Source: Octopus vulgaris (Eukaryota). Taken from it: a stretch of 64,000 bases of DNA. Position 1 is the stretch's first letter. Every line of letters begins with the position of its first letter. Below, one piece after another: positions 54,440 through 64,000 of the stretch. Below the pieces are notes generated by a model that saw only the letters and a program-made list of their open reading frames with translations, searched no databases and was not told the origin of the DNA. Position numbers and translations under genes: made by a program. Where the stretch lies: positions 54,994,001 to 55,058,000 of the forward strand of contig OX597832.1 in the NCBI GenBank assembly GCA_951406725.2. The letters are read 5' to 3'.

Positions 54440-54569
54440 CGCGGATAATAAAGCCTTCTTTTTTCTGTCGAGGGCTTATTTGCCCCCTTTATATAATCGA
54501 TTTATCCCTTACCCCCCGAAATCGCTGATCGTATGCCAAAATTTAGAACCAATTTTGTAAGCCGGCGAA

Positions 54570-54780
54570 TGAGACAAGCTGGCAGTATCGTTAACACGTC
54601 GGGAAAAGTGCTAAGCAGCATTTCGTCCGTCTTTACGTTCTGAGTTCAAATTCCGCCGAGGTCGACTTTGCCTTCTATCTTTTCAGGATCGATAAAATAA
54701 GCATCAGTTGATCACTGAGGGTCGATGAAATCGACATACTCTCCTCCCCCTGAATTTCTGGCCTTGTGCCAAAATTTCAA

Positions 54781-54812
<32 letters not shown>

Positions 54813-55490
54813 CATCATCATCATCATTATTACTACATTAGGTTGCGAGCTGGCAGAATGGTTTGCACGCCGGGAAAAATACTTAGCGGCATTTCGCCTT
54901 TCGCTACGTTCTAAGTTCAAATTCCACCGAGGTTGACTTTACCTTTCATCCTTTCGGAGTCGATAAATTAAGTACCAGTGAAACACTGGGGTCGATGTAA
55001 TCGACTGCCCCATCACCACCCAAAAAAAAAAATTGCAGGCTTTGTGTCTTTAGTAGAAAGGATTATTATTATTTAGTTGGCGAACTGGCAGAACCGTTAG
55101 CAGCCCATGCAAAATGTTAAGCGGCATTTCGTCTGTCTTTACGTTCTGAGTTCAAATTCCGCCGAGATTGACCTTGGCTTCTATCCTTTCAGGATCGATA
55201 AAATAATGACCAGTTGAATTCTGAAGTCGATGTAATCGACCGACTTACCCCTGTCCCGAATTTCCTGGCCTTGTGCCAAAATTTGAAGGCTATATTAAAC
55301 AATATTGTGATTTATACTAGAATAGTGGGTTGGCAGAACCGGTAAGGAACCGGACAAAATGCCTTTCTGATATTTGGTTCGAATCCCTTTGCATTCTGAG
55401 TTCAAATCGCACAGGTGTCATGTTGCTTAGTCATCTTTCCGGAATCAATAACACGCACACATGTCAAGACTTGGAATCGATTTCATAGAT
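54570..55490 (+). mobile_element. Cluster of 3-4 tandem SINE family 2 copies
   Basis: Heads at about 54575, 54840, 55077 and 55325 (last one degenerate). Confidence 0.85.
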
Positions 55491-55871
55491 AACTTTCAAC
55501 ACCAGTGCAGACAGCTGACCTTGAGCCAATATTTAGTAATCAATGAAAGAGTGGCAGTTTGGCTGAAGCAGTAGAAAAGTGCAAGCAATATCTCGAAGTC
55601 CTTTGCTAGCTCAAATTTATGTTCCGTGTTCGAATCCCGGCGTGGCTCACCAAATTTTTTTTTTTTTTCATTTTTCAGAGGTAGATGAAATAAGTAGGTG
55701 TTAAATATTGCTCCCCATTCCCTGATGGTCCTGTACCTAGGTAAGAACTCAGCAGCCCAACGTGCTGACGATTCTGCCAGTTTACCGCCTGTCCCCACCC
55801 ACCCCGAACGTACTGGTCTTTAAGTCGATTACAACGACCCTCGTGCTCACCTGGTACTTATTTTATCGACC

Positions 55872-56353
55872 TCTCCACACTTCCTTCTACACCCTCAACT
55901 TCCTTTTCAAGCGAAACTTGATAATGTTGATGAGGGCTTGGCCAAAGAGGAAAGTGTCTGTTTTTAGGCCTTTCAAACGGGTCCACCATACTACCTCTTT
56001 CGCTACAGCCACTAGACAAATTAAAATTGCCTGCTCCTCTCAGCCAAAAGAGGGCGGGAGAGCAATCTTCACAACAAATTCAGCTGATAGCCGGATCCGT
56101 CCTACACGCGACATCAGGTGTTCAGACATAAACCCACAGGTCAGCAATACTCTGGCACTGGATTAGGGCGTGCAGAACGGCTTCATCGTTCCGGGCGCAT
56201 CTCGCGCAGGTCCGGCTGACGGCACTTCCGTACCTGTAAAGTTTATCTCAAACAGGCGGCACTCCGCGGTAGCACTTCCAGGCAAGGGTTTCTAGAAGTT
56301 ATCCAAAGGCCCAGGCCCGAAAGTTCTCCGAAACAAACCGGTTAGTTGATCTT
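55872..56353 (-). mobile_element. L1/Tx1-clade LINE ORF2 C-terminal fragment
   Basis: LAWKCYRGVPPV*DKLYRYG..CARCARNDEAVLHALIQC (CCHC zf-RVT-type motif)..VAVAKEVVWWTRLKG; contains stops and frameshifts. Confidence 0.85.
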
Positions 56354-56354
56354 C

Positions 56355-56394
<40 letters not shown>

Positions 56395-56399
<5 letters not shown>

Positions 56400-56540
56400 G
56401 TTTCAAATTTTGGCACAAGACCAGTGATTCGATTGGGGGTCGATAACATCGACCCCAGTGGCCAACTAGTACTTATTTCGTTGACCTCGAAGGGATGAAT
56501 TGCAAAGAGGACCTCGGCGGAATTTGAACTCAGAACAACA
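56395..56540 (-). mobile_element. SINE family 2 body
   Basis: Reverse complement of the consensus. Confidence 0.75.
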
Positions 56541-57259
56541 ATGCCAATAATATCAATCGCAGACTCTACTAACGCTGTCGGCGGCACCACCACGTTCTCA
56601 ACCACTTACCATATCACCACAACCACCACCATTCCCACCACCATCACCAACACTCTACTTACCACCACCAAAGCCATCACCACCACCATCACCATCACCG
56701 CCACCACCTACATCATCACTATACCCACTACCATCCCCACCAACTAAAACCCCTACCAACGCCACCACCATCACCACCACCATTACCGCCGCCACCACCA
56801 CCATCTCCACCACAAACTCAATTTGTGCCCCTTCCCTCACTTCCCCCTTCCTTCCTCCCCCTCGTCTGTAATCATTAAATTTGTCATTAAACAGAAACAT
56901 TTTGTAAATCCATTTTCCGTAAACGTTTCCATTCCTCTACCACCACCATCACCACCACCCTCAGTCTATCACTCTCTTTCTCTCCTTCCTCTCACTCTTT
57001 CTCTACTCTCCCTCCACCTCTGACTCCATCTCCCTGTCTTTCCCTCATTTTCCTATTCTTTACCCTCCTCCTCCTCCTCCGCCGCCTTCACCTCCTCCTG
57101 CCATGCCTCGCAGCTCTCTGTCGGCGTCTAAACGACAATCACTTAAGCAGTCACTAATAACAGAAGCAGCAGCGGCATCAGTAGCAGCACCAGTAGCAGC
57201 ACCAGCGTCACCAGCAGCAACCAGTAGCAGTAGCGATAACGAAGGAGCTTTGACGTGGT

Positions 57260-57815
57260 TTACTCTTGTACTCTTTTACTTGTTTCAGTCATTTGACAGT
57301 GGCCATGCTGGAGCACCGCCTTTAGTCGAACGAGCAAATCGACCCCCAGGACTTATTCTTTGTAAAGCCAAGTACTTATTCCATCGGTCTCTTTTTGCCG
57401 AACCGATAAGTTACGGGGACATAAACACACCAGTATCGGTTGTCAAGCGATGTTGGTGGAGGGGGGGACAAACACAAACACACAAACATATACACACATA
57501 CATATACATATAGACATATACGACTGCGGCCATGTTGGAGCACTGCCTTTAGTCGAGCAAATCCACCCTAAGACTTATTCTTTGTAAGCCTAGTACTTAT
57601 TCTACCGTCTCCTTTGCCGAACCGCTAAGTTACGGGGGACCAACCTCGGTTGTCAAGCGATGGTGGTGGTGGTGGTGGTGGTAGTGGGGTGACAAACACA
57701 GACACACACACATATACGACAGGCTTCTTTCAGTTTCCGTCTACCAAATCCACTCACAAAGGCTTTGGTCGGCTCAAGGCTATAGTAGAAGACGCTTGCC
57801 CAAGGTGCCACGCAG
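57260..57815 (-). mobile_element. Two overlapping SINE family 1 copies
   Basis: Family consensus; junction at about 57520. Confidence 0.85.
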
Positions 57816-58004
57816 TAAAAGAGTAAAAAGCGACGAACACTCGCAAGGATACAGGATTACAGGATTTTGTTTGTAGGAATTAACAAATTATTTGCTGATG
57901 TTTGCTGATGTATATCAACCAGATGATAACTCATGAGGTGTATGACAGATTCGAACATTGCAGTGTCTCAAAGATCCTTTATACCGATGGATCTCGTGTG
58001 TTAT

Positions 58005-58017
58005 GAACAGCCTGTCG

Positions 58018-58087
<70 letters not shown>

Positions 58088-59090
58088 TATGTTTGTCCCC
58101 CTACCATTGCTTGACAACCAATGCTGGTGTGTTTACGTCCCCGTCACTTAGCGGTTCGGCAAAAGGAGACCGATAGAATAAGTACTGGGCTTACAAAGAA
58201 TAAGTCCCGGGGTCGATTTGCTCGACTAAAGGCGGTGCTCCAGCATGGCCGCAGTCAAATGACTGAAACAAGTAAAAGAGTAAAACATTGTCGAAAGGGA
58301 GATGTCCTCTGATGACGAAAACCAACAGCGATCAGCTTATTCACGTTCGAATCTGCCAGAACGGATTAAGGATGAATAGATACGCTATTATCTTTAAAAA
58401 TATTTTACCCGGAATTCCGAATAAGAAAGGAAAACATTGTAATTTGAGCAGCAGAACAGTTAAGTAAACAAACAAATAGGGGCAAGGAGTAACTGTGTGG
58501 TAAGTAGCTTGCTTACCAACCACATGGCACCGGGTTCAGCCTCAGTGCATGGCACCTTGGGCAAGTGTTTTCTACTATAGTTTCGGGCAGACCAAAGCCT
58601 TGTGAGTGGATTTGGTAGACGGAAACTGAAAGAAGCCTGTTGTATATGTGTGTGTGTCTGTGTTTGTCACCCCACTACCACCACCACCACCACCATCGCT
58701 TGACTTAGCGGTTCGGCAAAGGAGACGATAGAATAAGTACTAGGCTTACAAAGAATAAGTCCTGGGGTGGATTTGCTCGATTAAAGGCAGTGCTCCAACA
58801 TGGCCGCAGTCAAATGACTGAAACAAGTAAAAGAATAAAAGGATAAAAGAAACAAACAAACAATTAAGTAAATAAATAAAATAAAATAAAATAAATAAAA
58901 GGTGTGGCTGTGTGGTAAGTAGCTTGCTTACCAGCCCCATGGTTCCGGGTTCAGTCACAGCGTGGCACCTTGGACAACTATCTTCTACTACAGCCTCGGG
59001 CCGACCGAAGCCTTGTGTGTGGATTTGGTAGATGGAAACTGAAAGAAGCCCGTTGTATACGTGTGTGTGTATGTTTGTCCACTACCACTG
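58005..59090 (+). mobile_element. Three SINE family 1 copies (58005-58285, 58480-58850, 58900-59090)
   Basis: Family consensus. Confidence 0.85.
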
Positions 59091-59156
59091 TGTAGGGATG
59101 CCATGTAGGGGTACCATATAGGGATGATATGTAGGGATGATATGTATTGATGCCAT

Positions 59157-59256
59157 NNNNNNNNNNNNNNNNNNNNNNNNNNNNNNNNNNNNNNNNNNNN
59201 NNNNNNNNNNNNNNNNNNNNNNNNNNNNNNNNNNNNNNNNNNNNNNNNNNNNNNNN
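59157..59256. other. Assembly gap (100 N)
   Basis: Run of exactly 100 N. Confidence 1.
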
Positions 59257-62200
59257 AACCGCTGGAATCCAGAGTCAACCGGGAGACGTCCTTCTTGGTT
59301 TTTCCTCAAAAAGCTTGGAATATATTCCAGACGGACAAGGTATAAACTTCGGAATGAATTTAACTCATTCCTAAGCAACATTACAAAATTGTGCAGTCGA
59401 TTTGAATTCACGACTCAAAACGCAATACCTTAGTCATCCGACCGTTTCAATTCTACTGAAGCAGTTACAGAACTATGATGACCAATGACCAGCGTAATAT
59501 TAGCTTCTGAGGTGTGAAATAGCGATAAATTCTTCATCTGATACCGGCTTTCTTGCTCTGAAATTAAGAGAATATTTTGGATTCTTAACTGCGAAAATAT
59601 AATAGTTATGTCAGAACGGGACGGTAATTTTGGGTCTGTGTGTGTGGCAGTGTGCGTATGGGAGTGTTTATATGTACGTGTATCTGTATGGTGAGTGTCT
59701 GCAATGTGTGTCTGTATGTGTGTGTGTGTGCGTTTGCGTGTGCATGCACGCGTGCGTGTACGTGTGTATGTGTTTGTGTGTGTGTGTGTGTTTGTGTTTA
59801 TATGTGTGTGTATGTGTATGGTGAGTGTCTGCAATGTGTTTCTATGTGTGTGTGTTTCTGTGTGAGTGTGTGCGTGTGCATGTGCGTGTGCATGCACGTG
59901 TGCGTGTGCATGCACGTGTGCGTGGGCATGCACGTGTGCGTGTACATGTGTGTGTGGGCGGGTTTATATGTGTGTGCATGTCTATGGTAAGTGTCTGCAA
60001 TGTGTGTCTGTATGTGTGTGCGTGGGCATGCACGCGTGCGTGTACGTGCGTGTGTGTGTGTTTGTGTGTGTTTATGTGTTTATATGTGTGTGTATGTGTA
60101 TGGTGAGTGTCTGCAATGTGATTTTGTATATGTGTGTGTGTGTTGTGTGAGTGTATCGTGATTTTGTGCGATTAGTCTTTGTACATGTGTGTGTGTGTGT
60201 ATGTATGGTGTGTGATGTGTGATGTGTCTTTGTGTGTGTGTATGTATGTATGGTGTGTGTGTGTGTGTGTTTTGCATGTATGCGTGCATGTATTTTGTAC
60301 GTGTGTGCATATGAGTGTGATTATGTGTTTGTGGGGGTGTGAGTGGGAGTAAGTGGAGGAGGAAATGGGAGGGATTGGGGGTACAGTGAATGTGGGCGTG
60401 GTGAATGTGTGTGTGTATGTGTGATTGAACGTGAGTATGTATGTGTATAAGCGTATTTGTGCGTGAATGCTTGTGTGTGCGTGTGTGAGTGTATGTGAGT
60501 GCGTGCGTGTGTGAGTATATGTGAGTGTATGTGTATGTGTATTTGTGCTTGTGTGTGTGTGCGTGTGTGAGTGTATGTGAGTGTATGTGTATTTATGCTT
60601 GTGTGTGTGTGTGTGTGTATGTGTATTTATGCTTGTGTGTGTGTGTGTGTGAGTGTATGTGAGTGTATGTGTATGTGTATTTATGCTTGTGTGTGTGTGT
60701 GTATGTGAGTGTATGTGTATGTGTATTTATGCTTGTGTGTGTGTGTGTGTATTTATGCTTGTGTGAGTGTGTGTGTGTGTGTGAGTGTGGGGGCGAGTGT
60801 GTGTGGTGATCTGTAACGTAACAACGCTTCGAACGTATTCTAGTCAACCGTTGCTTAAACAGAATCTTTTATACCTGGCCGGTTGGCCGGTTGGCTGGCT
60901 GGCTGGTTGGCCGGCTGGCTTGCTGGCTTGCTGGCAGGTTTGCTGGCTGGCTGTCTCCGTTGCTACCCCATCACATAAATACACAGGAAACATGTCCGTT
61001 GTAAAGTAGTATAAGAACTTCGTGCGATACCATCAAATTATTGCCTCAACTCATGCGTGCTATATCCTATAATTTTGGTAATTTAATTCAATGAATTCAA
61101 CATAAATGTCATGTTTAAACATTACTGACACTCAAATACACATAGATAAGCAGGCGGATGTATCTATTCATGGATGCATTAATATATTCATAAAATTTAG
61201 AAGTCCATACGTCACAAATAGATTACAAATAATTTAGATACATTGACATACATAATTCATACATACCATACATAATTCATTAATATATAAACGCTTCCCT
61301 ATATCTATACAGACACGTTATTACGACTCTAGTCTTCGCGAGAATTAATACGTTTGCGTGATTGTTCTGTGAGTGGTGCAAGAACTGCATCGACGTGTCT
61401 TTGAAGTGTTAATATCCTTATTAGATACATTAATTTGTTTTCATTAGACACTTGGCAACTGTTTTAAAGAAGGTTGTAGTTAATTGAATCACCCTCTTTT
61501 ACCCCTGGTGTATTACCGGGAGTTGATCTGCTTGTCACTGAAGTACTAACGAAAGCAGCAGACATCTTTGTCGGATTTGGATTGAGAAAATAATGAAGGA
61601 CCAGACGAGATTCGCCCAAAATATTCTCTTGGATTGACCAGAAAGTTCGTGCCAATCTATAATAGCTTACCTTTCGACTTACTTTAGAACACGGTTGAGT
61701 CCATAAAATAGTATTTGACTACTCCTCCATTTGGAGCACAGTTTAAGCTATCTTTTCGTGGAAGAAGGTTTATGATCTGTGTCAATTCTGTAACCCTTTG
61801 AAATGGAAGATAAGAAAGTTCATGTTCAGCACTTGATGCTTTGGGAACCAGACAAAAATTGCAGCAGCTCGGCTGGGATGTGTTACCCCACCCTTCATAT
61901 TCACCAGATATTGCTCCTTCGGATTTCCACTTATTCAGGTCTCTGCAGAATAGTCTTAATGATAAAAATTTCAATTCCTTGGATGACGTCAAAAGATGCC
62001 TTGATAAATTCTTTGCCATGAAACCACCTCAGTTCTGGGAAGAGGGTATTTTCAAGTTAAAGGAAAGATGGAGACGCATTGTGCAACAAAATAGTTCATA
62101 TTTAGTTGATTAAAAATGTAATAGCAAGTATTTATTGACCTTCTTCTTTCCTTTAAAAATCGGCACAAACTATCCGGACAAGCCAATATTTTGACGACCC

Positions 62201-62736
62201 ATAATTTTAGTGTTTAGGCGTAAGCGAACTTAAGGTTAGTTAGCATATGTTTGCGACATATTTCAATTTCTAAGATAGAATTATTTTCTCCACGGTCACT
62301 ACAGTGAATTTGCCTTTAGAATTTGACAAATATATCACGAACATATCTTAATCAAAAATTATGTATATGAGCGGTTCTCTCAACTAAGAAACTGAATAAC
62401 GAATAGCTTTTCTGGAGAAAATTAAATGCGCATTACAAGCTGAAATTTGACCAACGAACAACGTCTTGACTTACACATGCGTATAACCTTATAAGGAGTC
62501 CATTCGATCAACGAACTGAAATTTGAACAAGGAACCGCTTGTACACTACGCATGCCTATAAATGAGTAGGAGGACAGTATACAATCACTTTGTTAACGTC
62601 CATGTACGCACTTCATGTAGGCTGCATATTTTCATATTTTATATAGAAAAAAATATTTCTCACAAGTTTTGTTAAAGACACACTCATGGATTAACAAAAG
62701 AATAACGGAGGGGAAAACGCACACATATATACACAC

Positions 62737-62775
<39 letters not shown>

Positions 62776-62815
62776 CGCACGCACGCACAAAGACGTAAGT
62801 GGAGACAATATTATT

Positions 62816-62846
<31 letters not shown>

Positions 62847-64000
62847 TTATTATTAAGATCAACTAACCGGTCTGTTTCGGAGAACTTTCGGGCCCCTGTT
62901 GTACTCTTTCGCCCCAACTTTCTCTCACTCTCTCTTTTCCTGTTTCTTGAGTAACGCTGCGATGGACTGGCGTCCCGTCCAGCTGGGGAACACATACGCC
63001 ACAGAAACCGGGAAACCGGGCCCATGAGCCTGGCTAGGCTTGAAAAAGGACGCATAATCTATATATATATAAAACTGTAGTTGTGTGAGTGTCTGTCCCC
63101 TTCGATTTAGATTCCTAACTACTCCCACATTTTGCGGTGCAGTTTAACCAAATTCGGGTATCTTATAGTCGTGATTCATATCGAGCCCGTCTGCGTATTA
63201 GCGCGCGTCTACGATGAGTCTACGATTTTAAAAATAATTTAACATCATTTTTTATTCCATTTTAATGCATAATTTTTCGTGTGTCGATGGCGGCGGAGTT
63301 GGCGTCCATGGTCACACCTGCACCTGTTTGTTCTCCCCCTTCTGCCCTCCCTCGTGAAGCTGTGGGGAAGGGAGTGTAAGGAAATCAACGTCGTAAAGCG
63401 TTGTCAAGGAGACCAGCGTTCTTTTAGAACAACGACTTCATGGCTTGAAGACACCAAAACAGAAATGGCTAAGAAAACCCAAATTGGCATCTATAAGGGA
63501 AGTAACTCTCTAAAAATGCTTATATAGTTATTTCCCTTACAAACCCGAGCAACGCCGGGCGATACTGCTAGTAATAAATAATAATATATTATGATGAGGG
63601 TGTTGACATATTTTTAATTGAGGGGAGTAAAAACTTTTTTTGCTATTTAAAAAAAATTGACACATTTTATAGTTCATTTCGATTCTTTACTTGTTTTGTA
63701 TTTGCCTTTTCATGACATGCCTTTCTATATATTTTCTATTTTTATGTGCATATATATTTTTTTACCTTTTGTGCTTTTATATATATATTCCTTTTATATG
63801 TTGAAGGCCATAGTAATGTTTATATATGATCGAATGTATGGAAGCGTGGTGTTATATAAGGTCGTTGATTCGAGTTTCAGATTCGTTCTCTGATCAATAT
63901 TTTTTTTTTTTTGGTCTCTGTCTCAATTTCATTTGAGCACTTCTTTTTTGCAGTCCTATCAACACCTTTTGTCTTCGTAAAAAGAGGCAAAAATTATTTC
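59257..64000 (+). repeat. Copy 2 of the duplication (includes mariner ~61629-62188 and Helitron 63058-63571)
   Basis: Near-identical to 49210-54114; starts exactly at the gap. Confidence 0.95.

Overview
Repeat-dominated, AT-rich animal genomic DNA with no confidently identifiable host gene. The SINE families and microsatellite load suggest an octopod cephalopod (inference). Almost all listed ORFs are translations of microsatellites or SINEs. Supportable content: about 35 copies of three tRNA-headed SINE families; RTE and L1/Tx1 LINE fragments; two mariner remnants; pogo-type and piggyBac-type MITEs; non-autonomous Helitrons; fold-back palindromes; and a ~4.8 kb block (49210-54114) repeated after a 100-N gap (59257-64000). 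The most unusual signal is a set of hammerhead ribozyme (HHR) motifs in short elements sitting in (TA)n tracts. One family (copies near 3.9, 18.9, 21.5 and 26.3 kb) carries all three hammerhead strands in a non-circularly permuted, pseudoknotted order: stem III-GUC-stem I, then stem II-GAAA-stem III', then stem I'-CUGANGA-stem II'. This order matches none of HHR types I, II or III. All structures were paired by eye; no folding or database search was run, and many element boundaries are approximate.
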